A DNA stretch of 64,000 nt from Lama glama (Eukaryota): contig CM052818.1 in assembly GCA_028534125.1 (NCBI GenBank), positions 40,736,001 to 40,800,000 on the forward strand, in the 5' to 3' direction. Made by a program: the position numbers and the translations under genes. The notes beneath the pieces are model-generated. The model searched no databases. It saw nothing but the letters and a program-made list of their open reading frames with translations, and had not been told where the DNA came from. This document shows, piece after piece, positions 49,707 to 63,160 of this stretch. The stretch's first letter is position 1. Each line of letters starts with the position of its first letter.

Positions 49707-52589
49707 AGCATCTATGTGCCAAGTACTGGGGATATGGTAATAAATAATGTACTGAACTTGTTTACTGACTAAGATACATAAGCTAGCTTCAGGGAGCATT
49801 TATTATCATGAGCAGTACAAGCTAGGGTACCGTAGTTACGGCAGAGCTGAAGGGGATGGCTGCAAGGGGGAAAGTGACATTTAAGCTCTGCTTGTTGATC
49901 TAAGGAAAAAAATGTTTCCAGACAAAAGTAATAAGGGAAAAGGACCTGAGCTGAAAATAAACTTGATGCTTTTAAGAAATGGAAAAAAAAATAGTTTAGA
50001 GCAGAATGAGGACAGTGGAACATAAGAGTTGAATGGGACTCGGCAGGAACTAAATAAACGGACACGCTGCAGTGAGATGTCACCAAAGGCTTTTCCAGCA
50101 GGGACATGAAGCATCTGACTTAAGACGAGAGGTTGCACTGGCTTCTCTGGGGACTTCTGGCCGAACAGCCTGGCCCAGGGGGGCTCAGTTGGGGCCAATA
50201 ATGGTGGCACCAGCAGAAGCAGGCATACAAAAGCCTGTGGCTGGAAAGCACCTACTGGTGATACTTCTTCTTAATTGAAGTCTCTTCCCCAAGGGGATCT
50301 GGCTCTCTCAGACGCATCTGTTCCACTTTCCAAAGACAGTCCCCAACAAAACATGACTGTCCCACATTGGGGATCTCGGCTTCTCCATTCAAAAGATGAG
50401 AAAATAGGCAAAAGTCATTCTCAATACTTCTATGGGCCAAATGCGGCCGTTCTTCTGTCACTAGAACACCATTCCAGAGAAAAGAAAAAGAAATAACTTT
50501 CCAGGAGGCTGAGAATGATTGTTGTCTACCCAATGGTCACATTCCCTTTTATTCTTACTTATAGAACCTCAACTTTATTGTCCTATATTTGGCAAACAGA
50601 AGAATTGAGAAAGTGACTTGGCCCGTATTTTCTCACATGGTTAAGAGGAGAAGCTGAGCTCCACAGTGTAGTAGGGTGACCTATTTGGATAAGCACCAGA
50701 GCTTCCTCTGGCTTTGCTCTGCCTGAAGTATTTATGATATACCTGGTCCCAGCATGGGCAGGGTAGGAACAGAGGCCCCAGCCCTCTACTTTGCAGAGCA
50801 GTAGAACCATCTTTCAGTGGGGGAAGGTGTCATCAGCTTGCCCAGCACATCACGGGCAGGATGGGTGGGAGAGGAGCAAAACAAGGGCTGGACGATGGAA
50901 CCAGGAAGATCTTCCTGGATGATCTGGACTACAAATTCAGAAGGGTCGGACTCTCTGGGCATCCAGTACGAACTTTAACAGCTAGCATCTCACTGACATT
51001 GTCTCTGAAGCTCTCTTAGAGGCCTTTTCAACTTTGTTTTTCGGTCATTGCTGAGTGCCAATCCCTGCCAGCGTTTAGTCTCACAAGGAATTGGCCACCT
51101 GCATCGAACAGGATTTCTCAATCATGGTAGTAAGTACAATGTTAGGTGCTATGATTCCTACTTTATAGATAAGAAAATTGGGAAAACTTAAAGCCTGATG
51201 GGGTAGGGGAGACTCTTCTCTGTTACTGCTGGTGTGGAATCCCCCTTCCAAAAGCTTCTCTCACTTCCCTCCAGGACAGAGAGGATGGAAGCTTTGGGGG
51301 AGTATGTGCTAGATTTTATTTTAAATTCTTGAATCTGCTAGTGGAATTACTCTATACTTTTTGATTACTCTGTTATTCCCTTTTGTGCTCTATGTATTAG
51401 GCTTTGCCATTATATAATGAATTTGGAAGCCCCACCCAGATTTTTCTACTTTTGTGTCATTGGCCAGAACTAGTTCACATAACCATCCCTCGCTCTAAGG
51501 GAAGCTGAGAGACTTAGGTTTATTTATTGCCACTGCCACTAAAATTGAGGTTGTGTTAGTACAGAAAAAATGGTGAGTGAACACCGGGCAGGCGGCAGTA
51601 ATTCTCAGCCCCTGGTAAGCTACCTCTCTTTCTATTTTCTGGGAGAGTGTATAGAAGATTGAAATGGTATGTTCCTTACGTGTTGGGAAGAATTTATGTG
51701 TAAAATCACTGGCTCCTGCTGTAGACAGTTTTAATTATTGAATGCATTTCTCCAGTGATGACAGAACTACTTGGATTTTGGACTTTTTCCTTGAGTGACT
51801 TTTGGTAAGGAGTATTTTCCTTAGATATTGGTCTGCTTGCTCTAAATTTTCAGCTGTATTAAAGTTTTATGTAGTATTTGCTTAGCTTTTAATGGCCTAT
51901 TTTTTTGATCCTCCGATAGTTCATTTCTGCCTTGTCTGTGTTTTTGTTTCTGATTTTACCAGAGGTTGATTTTCAGAGAACCCACTTTTGATATCATTGA
52001 TGACACTGCGCCTTCCCTGTGCTATTAATTTACCAGAGCTCTTGAACTGAAGGGAAAGGACACCAGCATTCAGTCACACTGTGCATGGAGCTTAATGCCG
52101 CTGTCCCACTCAGTCTCCACGCCAGGCCCGTGAATAAGCTTTGTTCCCCCATTTTGCAGATAAGAAACTTACCCAGAACTTTGGACCCTGTGACTTTGGA
52201 GACATTGCTAAGTAACTGCAAGATGGAGCATTTTTCACTAAACCACCAGGCCTCTCACTGTCTCAGTTTCTCAGGCCTTGAAATTAGAGCCACAGAGCTG
52301 TTCCTCTGCCTTGGTACCCAGCTGGTTCCGAGCCCAGCCTGGCTGTGAGGAAGCCACGTGGCCTTCATGCCTCAGGAGCACACACACACACACACACACA
52401 CATACACGAGCTTCGCTGAATGTCCCATCCGCTCTGCTCTTCCCTCTTTGTAGTCCAGGATCAGGTCTGCAGGAATGCTTGCTTGTCCGGAAATTAAGTT
52501 TTCTGAATGGATTCCTTGTTTTCCAGCCACAGGGCCTCCCCGGCCGTGGAACAGTCTGCCTTCGCCCTTCACTGCGAGCCTGGTAGGGT

Positions 52590-53021
52590 CAGACCCCTCC
52601 CCCATGACCCCTGCGGCAGCTCCTCTCTGAAGAGCCCAGAGAATAGAATCTCATGAATATTTACTGACTTTTCCAGATGCTTAAAACCACCACCAAAGGT
52701 AAAACATTAACTACTTGATGATCGAGAGCACACAGCCCCCAGACCTTCTGGCGCCCAGGGGTTGATAGTGTTGACCACCATGTTCCCTCCACATCAACCA
52801 ATCAGAGAATAGTACCCTGCGACAGCCCCCTCCCCTTACTTGACCTTTAAATATGCTTTGCTGAAACCCTTTGGGGAGTTCAGGGTTTTCTTGGACACGA
52901 GCCCCCACCCCCACCCCCTCCTTGCTCAGCCCTGCAATAAATTTTTCTCTGCTCCGAACTTTGATATTTCAGTTTCTTTGGCCTCATGGTATGGAGGGTA
53001 CACGAACTTGCCTTCGGTAAT
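52590..53021 (+). mobile_element. ERV1-type solo LTR
   Basis: CCAATCAG box (~52798), TTTAAAT TATA-like (~52846), AATAAA (~52936) and terminal TTCGGTAATA. Confidence 0.7.
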
Positions 53022-54234
53022 AGTTTCAGAAAAAAATCCCTGTTCACGGGATGGGCAGGCGATCCCAAAAGTGCAGGAAGTAGCATCTGCCTCCGGTTCC
53101 TGCTTCCGCAAAGACGCGCTGTTCTATTAAGGTCCTCAGCTTTGTTGGATGTAGCCCGGGCTCAGTTATGGAAATTGTTGTTCCTTCCTGGTCTTTAAAA
53201 TACACACACCCAAACAAGCAGAAAACAAGCCCTAGCGTTTCCCTGGCACCTCTTTCTCCTTTTAACTAGAGCCCTTTATGATTGAGCCTCCTGGTTCCTC
53301 CAGTCCCCCAGGGGCCCCCTTTGGCGCCTCCAGCCTTGTTAACAGCGTTAAAAGCCCGCTCTGGGAACACGTCGGGCGCTCACCTGCTGCAGGGAGGGCT
53401 GGGCCAGGGAACGCCAGAGCAGGATGGACGGAAAGGACCTCTTTTGCAAGAACCAGAGACCCCAGAGAAGTGACTGGAGCATTTTGTTCAGTTTTGTATA
53501 CCTATTTAACCCCTTGGGATTTTTGAAAAGGTCATCCCCCAAACAAGAAAATGTAAAGATTAAAATTTCCATTGCCTTAAATCAGCTGTAAGTGGAGAAA
53601 TAAATCTGCTCTCCCCACCATTCCTGGAGCTGATCATCTTTAAGAGTTAATCGTGGGTAGTACCATCTTCAGAAGCCTCCTGAGCAGTCATTGCTCCCAT
53701 GTGATCATCATTCTCTGCTTTCTACTTTCAGGTTCTTTACCTGAATCAGGGGAGGGCTGCAGAGGGGGCGGGGGAAACTCTGGAACCAGTTAGCCCTTTA
53801 CTGCCATAGGCCCTGTTTTCCCATCTGTAAAATGGGCTAATGGCGTCTACAGCACAGCCCTGCTGGGAGTGTTAGGATGTGGAGGCAGGGGTGAGCAGTC
53901 TGCTATTGACAGTGATGCACAGAAGTGAACATTCAGGAGCAACAGCATGGCAGACTGATCAGAACTGGGTAATGTCTTTTGCGCTGGCTTTTCCAGAGCT
54001 TTCCAAAGCAGGCTCACCTTTCCCTTCTCACGACTTCTCCAGCCCCTCATTCACCCTCCTCTCCAGTTCCCCTGGGATGCTCTGCTCTCTGCATCTTTCC
54101 CATCCATCCAGCCTCAGCTCTTCCTCATTTTGTAACCCCTAAACTCCTCCCTTCAGCACTTCAAATCCTAGAGAACATCCCACCAACCCATGGTTTCTGG
54201 CAGAATCACTGTCTGAGCCACAGTCCTCCCTAAC

Positions 54235-54730
54235 TGGTTCTTCCCAAACTCAGGTCCGGGTACTCACCACTCAAAAGCTAATCATCGAGAACCAAGCATC
54301 AGTAGAAAGGAAAGGAGTTTTAATTAGAAAAGCTGGCCATCTGGGAGAAGGTGGACTTCTGTCCCGAGACCAACTCCAGAGAGTCAGCTCAGCCATGACA
54401 GTTTTTAAAGGGAAAAAGGGGGAAAGAATCTTGGCGAGTCACTGAGGCAGGAGGCTGAGTTCTGCATCACTCCCCATTGTGTGCAGGCTGACTCTCTCTT
54501 CAGGTGTTGTCTTGCCCACATGTCCTGCCTGCAGGATTGCTAAGGGGGATCTGGGGGTGGGTAGACAGCTAGTCATTCTTTAACTGCTTAATTCTTCATT
54601 CATTCTTACTTCTTTTAATACAGGAAACGAATCAACACTTTAGGCAAGGCATAGTGTGCATTCAAGAAAGTGTAAGTCAGGAGTTATTTAAATTGCCTAG
54701 TGACCTCATTCCTATAATTCGGTTCTTCCA
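54235..54730 (-). mobile_element. ERV solo LTR, probably lineage-specific
   Basis: TG...CA ends. On the minus strand, TTTAAAA (TATA-like) precedes an ATTAAA poly(A) signal near 54318-54323 and a U5-like end. Confidence 0.65.
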
Positions 54731-55283
54731 AGGTTGGAGGGGACAGAAATGGGCAAACAGTAAAGGGCAAAAGAGCTGTTTTCACAATCATCGGATCTCA
54801 TTTCCGCCACTAGCATGGAAACTTCCAAAGGCCTGGGATCCTGTCTCTCTCTCGGAAACCCAACACAGGCTAAGAAACATGCCGTCAGCTCAGCAATTCT
54901 TGTTCAGTGAATAAACTCATCATCTTCACATACTCTGATAGGATGAGTCAAACAAAAATATAAAGGTGTTTCCTAAGTCCCACCCTTTAGCTCGTCTGTA
55001 CCTAAACTCACTCTTCTAACAGACCTCTGTTGCAGCCCACGGACCCTCATCTGGGGCCTCCCACTGGTCCCTGCCTTCATACCTCTGTTTTTGCTCTTCT
55101 TTCTCTCTGGAACTGCCCCTGTGCCCCATCAAGATGCCACCTACCTGCCTAGGTTCAAGTTCAGTGCCAGCCTACCTACAAAGCCAGGTGCCCCATCAGA
55201 CAGAGCTCCTCTGTTACTTGCGCCTTACAAGTGTGCTGTGTTCTACTCCGGGTGCTTTGACCAGGACACAGATAAATAACCAC

Positions 55284-55696
55284 CTGTTTTGTAGACAAGT
55301 TCATTAGTGTCTTCTTTTTTCTGTTTGTAGATTCCACATATGAATGGTATCATGTGGTATTTTTCTTTCTCTTTCTGGTTACTTCACTCAGAATGATGAT
55401 CTACAAAACAGAAACAGACTCACACCCATAGTAAACAAGCTTATGGTTACCAGGGGGAAAGGGGGCGGGAAGGGATAAATTGGGAGTTCGAGACTTGCAA
55501 ATATTAACTACTGTATGTAAAATAGATAAACAAATTTCTTCTGTACAACAGAGGGAACGATATTCAATATCTTGCAGCAACCCCTAATGAAAAAGAATAT
55601 GAAAATGCATATATGTATGTGCATGTATGATTGAAACATTAAGCTGTACACCAGAAAGTGACACATTATAAACTGAGTATACTTCAGTAAATAAAA
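55284..55696 (+). mobile_element. Lineage-specific L1 3' end with 5' inversion
   Basis: 55284-55402 is inverted L1 sequence and 55399-55696 is its forward continuation, ending in an A-rich tract. Confidence 0.8.
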
Positions 55697-57045
55697 TGAT
55701 AGCAGTCTGAGTTAGCCTCTGTGTGAGAGGGGCTTCTCTCAGGGTGAGAGTCAGCTTCCCCACAGCTTGAAGGATGTGCAAGCCCTTAGCCTCCCACGCC
55801 TGCTTTCCTGTCCATCTCAACCAAACCAGCCCCCTTCTGATCCCCAAACCCTTGCGTTCTTTCAGATCTCTGGGCTTTTGCATACGCTGTTTCCTCTGTT
55901 CAGCAAGCCCTGGGCTCCCTAGAGGACAACTTCAAGAGTTTCCTCCAGTGTGACGCCTTCTCTGAGCTGTGCAAGGAGCATCGGGTCCTTTCATCTCTTT
56001 CCTTGTCCTCCTCCCTCGCTAGGCTGTGAGCATCTCACCTCTGCATCCCGTAATCCAGCACCATGGAAGGGCTGACGCTGAAATCTGACTCCGGTCTCCT
56101 TCACTGGCCCTCATTTCTGGTCTCACAGCTCCCACCTTCATTGCACGTAGCCTCTCCATCTCAGTGCCAGGGTCCTCAGCCCACGACCCGATTCTCAGTT
56201 GTCCCAGAATACATCAGACCTTTTGATGTGTGTTAGAATCCTGGAACTTAAATTACTTAAATGTCACCTGCTTTCCCTGCTAGGAAGTAATTAAATGTGC
56301 AGTAAAAAGAGTGATAGTAGTCTCCTGGGGGTGCAAATTCTCGAGTTATGAAGGGGAATAAAATTCTGTTCAAGGGTTTAGGTTTTCATCACCCTTCCCT
56401 ACATGCAGGCATGGATTGTTTTGTGTGTACATGGATTAGATCCAAAAATTCCAGAAAGTTTAATGCAAAGCCCACCTTGAAGAAACAGACCATAGAGCAC
56501 ATTTTGCTGTTCTGCCTTTATGAAGATTCCCTTGGAAGTAGACTTTAGATTTCCTCAGGAGACAGAAAAGTTTAGCCAGAAAGAATCAGACTGGGAGTTT
56601 TCAATTTTGGATTCTGGTGCCAGCTCTTGTCATTTATTAATAATTATGGTATTTTGTCATTACGAACTTTAAATCCCTCATCTGTAAACTGGACATAACA
56701 ATCCCGGTTCAACGTCACATATAATGAGTTACAGGTTAGAATTAAATAGGATGATGTATGTAAAATGCTTTGTGATCACTAACCCGATAAAAAGATACCT
56801 GTGATACAGTAGTAGGGGTTTGGTGTGGTACACACCTGCTAGGGTCTGCTGCTGCCAAGTTGCGTGAAATTTCCCCTCTCTGTGCCTCAGTTTTCTCATC
56901 TATAAAATGGGGATAACTTTAGTTCTTATTTCATAAGGTTGTAAAGTAGTTATTTCTTACTTCATAGAGGTTAAAATAGTGATTTCAGAACAGTGCCTTA
57001 TCCAGAGCAGGCACACAATGAATATTAGTTTTTGTTGCTATTATT

Positions 57046-57095
<50 letters not shown>
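57046..57095. repeat. (CAT)n trinucleotide repeat at the end of a MIR
   Basis: Direct reading; one CAC interruption. Confidence 0.95.
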
Positions 57096-59889
57096 TTTTT
57101 GTTTGGTAATTTTGCACCTAAAAGAAACCGAAGGAAAAGATGTGAAAACTGTAATCCTTGGGAACATGTACTTCTGAAGTGTGATTTATGATACCTTTAG
57201 AGGCATACAAATGTGCCAAGATTGTTGCAAAACTCCCACACTTTTCTCAAATACCATCCTATGAGAGAGAGAAAAAGAATAGTCATGCTTTGTACCGTGT
57301 GGTGTGGGAGGAGACCAGGAAGGTTCTCACAACTTAAAATATGCCCTGATCTCTGTCCATCCTAGTACGATGTTTGCACAGTGCACATGCAAATGCAAAT
57401 CTTTTCAAATGAGAGCGCAGACTAGTGGAAACGGCTCGCACGCGGACTTCCCTGTGACTTGTTTTGTTTCCTGCCCATTTCCGGCACATGGAGCTTAGTG
57501 CTGTGAAAAGAATGAGTCAGGCAGCTGTGGGTGGAATCCTGGGCCCCATGCCAATTGCGTGACCTTGGGCAAGGTGACTTGGCCTCTCTGAGCTTCTTTA
57601 TTTGCAAAGTGGGCTAATATTCGCTATCTCCTCCTAGTGTTAAGAGTAAAGGAGAAAAAATAGATAGAGCCTTTGACCCCGAGCCTGACCCGTCAGCTAA
57701 CGAACCCACAACTGCTGCTGCCCCGGCTGGGGTTCGCTCACCGCAGCTCCTTCTGGACTTCCGTCTCTCCTACACGCCCCTGACCTCCAGCCCTGCCAGT
57801 CACCCCACTTAATGAAGAGAAACAGAAATCAATAGTGTTCAGCTGAAAAGAACTTAATGGGAGACTCTGCTGAGGAAAGGAGGGTCGAGAGTCCCAAACC
57901 CCAGAGATGAGCAAGGAATTGTCTTTTCTCTCCAGGCTTCTCAGGTTCTTTGCTTCCTTCCTCCTCAGGGTTCAAGGGACTTTCTGGAACCAAAATGTTC
58001 AGATCAGGTCTTTCTAAGAGGCATTGCTTAGTTTTTGGTATTTTATTTGCAAAGCAGATGTTATCTTGGGTTCCCCGCAGGAGGACAGGAGGCGGATACC
58101 AAGCTCTGGTGGCTGTCAAGCCAGCCCAGGGCCGAGCCCGCCGGGGTCAAGGCCCAGGTCCAGGCTCCTTCCTGCAGCCTGGAGCGTGTACGGAATCAAA
58201 GGACGCCTCAGAGTCACCACAGAACATACCAAGCTACTGGAATGCGAGGTCAGAACAACAGAACCAGCGCTCATTTACATGTGCCTCTTCTGCTATCTTT
58301 TTAAAAAAATATCTTAAAAGTCAAGGCAATTCTGTCAACTTGTCAATTTGCAGAGACTCCCCCCAGCCTGCCCTCGCCGCTCTCCCAATGAGCTAATGCA
58401 GCAGAAACTACAAGAAGAACAAAGAAACCTCAGCCCGGTGTGAATTGTGGAACATTTTATTGAACACAAATGAGCAGAAGAAGTCAGTCAGGTTTCTCTG
58501 TGGATTAAGAAGGACCCTAGGCGCCAGCAGGGAAGTGAAAGGAATTTCTGAGGACACGTTTGGGGTGGAGGCAGAAGTTCAAAGGGACATCTTTTAGAGG
58601 ATGAGAATAGCCCCTTCAAGAAATGCTTCAGAAGGTAAAAGACAATGAGGGTCCCAGAGATGGGGAAGCAGGGACGAGGCTGAGAAGCCTGGGAGTGAGC
58701 AATGGCTGAGAAACCTCTCTGACTGCCCAGCCCAGGGCACGCGGCATCCTCTAAGCAGCCGGAGGAGCAGGCAACATGATTCCAAAGGACAGGCCCAAGC
58801 TTTGGAGTTAAGAGCTGACGCCTACCTCAGTAGCTAACTAGTCAACCATGGGCCACTGGCTCATCGTGTGGCTCTGCCCCGTTTAGTTGTCCTAAACCTT
58901 TGCTTCCTCGTCCTCAAAATGAAACTAATAGTTCCCACCTCCTGGGGCTGTTAGGAGAATTACATGAAATAGCAAATGTGAAAATTCTGGCTACAACATA
59001 GAGGAAATCCATGAATTGTGGTTCCCTCTCCAAGCACCAGAAATAAGTTATTCTTAATACTGAGCTACGCCCGAGGCGACAGCTTTTAAATGCTCGCTGG
59101 GGGGAATCCGGGACCTGTTCCAGCCACCCTCCCCATCAGGGAGGCAGCTGCCCTGGGCGTTGCTGCAGGAGTCAGGTGCTGATGGGCAGCTGTCTTTCCT
59201 GGACAGGGCCCACCCGGGGCTGCAGGTGGTGTCGGTAAGACAAGGCCCTGGGCCAGAGGCTTACTCCCAGGAAGCTGTCACCTTCTCCAAGCTCTGCAGA
59301 TGCCTCCCCTCCAGTAAGGACCTTAGGAGTCCTGAAGGCAAGCCCAACTGGTAGCTGGGTCTGTGGCTTTCCAGAATTTTTTGAAAATGACGACAGGGCT
59401 TCCCAATCCATCCACAACATTTGGTCCCCAAGGCAACCAAAATTACCCATGCTCTTGATAAACCATTCTTAATGCTTGCGCTGGAAAAAAATCAAAAGTC
59501 AAGGGCATTTGGGTTCCACTCTTTTTAAAAATGACACGGAAAATAAGTCAATATAAACACTGATCAAAGGCTGAAAACCCCCTTTCCCATATTACAGTCC
59601 TCTCTAATCCTTCACCCTCAATACGTGAAACACCATGCACACACACACACACACACACATACACAGGAACAAACACATGTACACGTGCACACACGTGCAC
59701 ACACATACACTCTCACATGAACACCTGTGCATGCACAGGGTAGAGTCTCTTGAAGAAAATCTTGATATTGTTCAACATATTCTAGATTCTTCTCTGAAAC
59801 ATCAGCAGCAAATTTATGAAAAGTTGATAAAATTTGTATACACAGGATGACATTGTAGCAATTGTGCCCCAGCACCACCCATCACCCCC

Positions 59890-61250
59890 AGTGACAAGTT
59901 TATACTTATCCTGCATTTATAAAAACAATAATCAGAAATAAAGTTAGATTCCTTCTTTGCACTATAGACAAAAATAAATTTTCAGGTAAATTAAAGATCC
60001 ATCTATAAATAACTATTAAAATATTTTTTTTTAAATCAGAACATTTGAATAGCCTTGGAACTGGGAAAAGTTAAGCAAAAGGAAGAAACACACAAGCCAT
60101 AAGAAAAAAAATAGACGAGAAACTTGATCATACAAAAATGAAACACTTCAAAGAGCAAAAGATATCAGAATCAAAATCATAAATATAAGATACCATAAAC
60201 AAAGATTATAACAAAATGATAGATTGGAAGGAAATATTTTCAATACATGTAATGTACAAAGAACTCTCCCAGTTTATTAACAAGAACATAAAGAACCCAA
60301 TAGAAAAGTGGCAAAGAGTATAAACTGGCCTGTTATAGAAAAGAAATCAAAGTGAACAATAGTCACATAAAATTTAAAAAGATGCGCCATCTCAGATAGA
60401 CCATAGGGCAATTCAAATTATCACAAGAACAGCATAAACATGTTTTAATCCATTAAAAATTTCAGAAGATTGAGAAAATCCAGTGTCATCATGGAACAGC
60501 TGATTCTGTCGCAAAATGTTGGGAGACCATGAATAACTACAAATTTTTATAAAAGCCATCTAACAGTATTTATTTAAATTTAAAATGTGCCCACAACTCT
60601 GATCCAGAAATCCCATTTATGGGAACTTTCAGGCGAATGAAAATATCCGTGGATAAAGCTAGTTGTCTGGGATGTTTGTTACAGCATTTCTTTGTAATGA
60701 AAACAAAATATATATGATTCAAAAGGTGATTCATTAAACAGATCATGTGTAGCCTAGCACACCTGTGCTATGAAGCATTGTTCGAACCTCTGCTTTCTAA
60801 ATATTTTTCACATGTGTGACTTCTTAGGGCAAGTCTGTGCTTCAATTTCCTCAACTACAAAATCAAAATAATAATGGTACTTATATCATGGATTTATTCT
60901 TGTTAAACTGGAAGGACTTTTACTATATATTGCTAAGTCAAAAAACGAAAGCAATTTGCAGAATTAAAGGTATTCTTTAAAAGTATCTAAAAATACATGC
61001 CTATATTTATTTGTATTATGTTTGTATCAGCAAAGGAAAAAAGTGGAGAAGTAATACATTAAATTGTGGACACATCTCCTGCCTTTGTAATTTGTTATTC
61101 AAAAGAAGAAAAATCACCAATAGGAAAAAAAATGACAGGAGACATGAACAGACAATTCACTGAAAAACAAAAGCAAATGTTTAATAACCACAAGGAGAAA
61201 AATTCAGACTTAAAAAAAAAACCCACTAGTTTTTTAGAAACTCCTTAATT
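59890..61250 (+). mobile_element. Degraded old L1M fragments with a MIR piece
   Basis: A-rich ORF2-end phrases such as AAATATTTTCAATACAT, CCAGAAATCCCATTTATGGGAA and ATGAACAGACAATTCAC. Confidence 0.65.
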
Positions 61251-61827
61251 CAAAGCCCGCATTTTGATGTCCTGTGCCATCAAATTAGTCAAGCTGAAGG
61301 TGCTGCATCGCCAACCCTAAGATGAGGCACAGTGAAGAGCGGGGTGTGGATTCACAGGAGGTGATTTGGGGGTGGGTAGGAGGGGGAGACACTGTGGATA
61401 AAGAAATAAATATCTCTAAAGGAGTTAGAGTAGACTTGAGTTCTAATCCTGACCCTTTTCCTTTATCTCTAGAATCAAACTAGCCTCCTATTCTTTCTGA
61501 GTCAATCTCTTCATTTGAGAGATGAGTAAGTGGAGGAATTCAATGAGGTTGTACTCATACCTGGCCTGGCCCAGGGAGCGCCCGCCCTCCCAGCTCTGTC
61601 CGGGCCTGTTCAGGCTGAGCTGCTGGGTCTCCCTCCCCTTCCTTCTCCTCGCAACCCCCCATTCTCTGGCCCCCAGTGTTTTCAGCCTCCTTCCCCTTCC
61701 TTGAAGAGAGGAGGGGCTGTCTTAATGTAACCTGTCTGCCTGTGACTTTCTATTCACCATGACACTAATTTCTTCTGCATTTAAGTAATTTTAGTCCCTG
61801 CCAAAGTAAAGGTCTGAGTTTAGTCAA

Positions 61828-61873
<46 letters not shown>

Positions 61874-62377
61874 GCACACAGACAAAATAGAACAGGAGCG
61901 CTATAGCTCTTTACTTGACCCTAATCTTTCTAAATAAGAATCCAGGTGTCACCCTGGATCCTGCACAAAGCACAGGTTTAGTTAGCAACAGAGAGAAAGC
62001 TCCCCACACCAAAATGGCCAAAGAAAATCATTGTGGCAATTTTACACTATTGAAAAAATGCACTTGAAATCACTGACCCTTGGAAATACCTTGAACAGAC
62101 AGAAAAGGACAAAGCCATCTGTCTCTTAGCAAAGGGCAAGTCTCTTGAGAAATGGTGGGGAAACCGGAAGCAGAAGTGCCTGCTTGTCTGGCAGGTAAAT
62201 GTTCTGGTGGTTCCAACAGGTCCAGTGGGAATTCCCTTAGAGCTTTTCGGACAGCAAGGTCACCACGCTTACTATATAAAAATCACTATGTGCTGCTGTT
62301 CCGTGAGCCAGTCCAGGTCTTTAAGGCTCATCCATCCCTGCCCAGGGGGCCGGAGAGGTGGGGTCCCTGGGCCGAGC

Positions 62378-62959
62378 TCAGGCGCTCTGGGGCCGAGGCT
62401 CTCGGCCGCCGTTGAGAAGATCTGTGAGTTCTCCGATGTACTTGATGGTGTACTTCAGCGTCTGGATCTTGGTGAGTGGCTGGCCCCTCTGGCTGTAGAC
62501 GGGCGGCAGGTAATTCCGGAGGGTGTGCAGGGCGTCTGCCAAGGTCCTCATCCGGAGCTTCTCCCTCTCGCTGGCCTTCCGTCTCCGCTGGACCGACATC
62601 CTGACCTTGGTGCCCCTCTGGGCCTTGGGGCCACCAGCGCCCTGCAGATAAGCGGGCTGGAAAGCTAACATATTGTAGTCTACCTCCACCAGGCCACCGG
62701 TCCCAAGGCCACTGCAGTCCTGGCTGCCCCCACTGCTGGCACCTCCACGCCCACAGGACAGCCCGGCCACCGCTGGACCCGGAGAGGAAGAGCAGGACTC
62801 CAGCGATGGAGCCGGGGAGAGGCTCTGGGTGGGAGAGGCCTGGTTCAGCTCAAAGGGTCCCACCCGGTCTTTCCAGTCCCAGGAGGACAGCAGGCTGGCG
62901 CTGTCGGAGGAGCCCAAGCCATCTTCCAGGCTGAGGAAGGTCTCACGCAGGGTGTCCAT
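62378..62959 (-). CDS. MSGN1: Mesogenin 1, bHLH transcription factor of presomitic mesoderm; single coding exon, 193 aa
   Basis: The ORF from the ATG at 62959 reads [20 protein letters not shown]...[65 protein letters not shown]...QSA*. It is 582 nt, intronless, and matches the recalled mammalian MSGN1 sequence and length. Confidence 0.98.
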   Translation of the reverse strand: MDTLRETFLSLEDGLGSSDSASLLSSWDWKDRVGPFELNQASPTQSLSPAPSLESCSSSPGPAVAGLSCGRGGASSGGSQDCSGLGTGGLVEVDYNMLAFQPAYLQGAGGPKAQRGTKVRMSVQRRRKASEREKLRMRTLADALHTLRNYLPPVYSQRGQPLTKIQTLKYTIKYIGELTDLLNGGREPRPQSA

Positions 62960-63014
62960 GCCTGCGAGACAGCTGCAGAGAGGACGACTCCCTGGCAAGT
63001 GAGGAAGGAAGCTC

Positions 63015-63160
63015 TGCCACACGGCCGGGGCCGAGCTCTCTTTTATGATGGTGGGGGACAAGTGATGAAGTGGGAAAGAGGGCCGGGTAGAGGGAGTTCA
63101 AAGGAGAAACCAAGGACCAAGATGGAAAATGAACTCATCAGGTGTCACTTTCCCCTCATT
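63015..63160 (-). promoter_or_regulatory. MSGN1 proximal promoter
   Basis: TATA-like CATAAAA on the minus strand (63041-63047), RBPJ motif GTGGGAA (63070-63076), TCF/LEF site TTCAAAG (63097-63103) and T-box half-site AGGTGTCA (63140-63147). Msgn1 is a known Wnt/TCF plus Tbx6 target. Confidence 0.7.

Noticed and set aside
56053..56073. RE1/REST-like site TCCAGCACCATGGAAGGGCTG
   Set aside because: The left half matches, but the essential GGACAG right half is broken.
56979..57191. Poly-His and poly-Met ORFs
   Set aside because: Translations of a (CAT)n microsatellite at a MIR end.
62207..62668. 153-aa ORF antisense to MSGN1
   Set aside because: Shadow ORF of a GC-rich coding sequence with a non-ATG start and no independent support.
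62960..63061. 34-codon N-terminal extension of MSGN1 in the ORF track (227 aa)
   Set aside because: It starts at TTG, contains no ATG and runs through the TATA-like box. The ATG at 62959 gives the canonical 193 aa.
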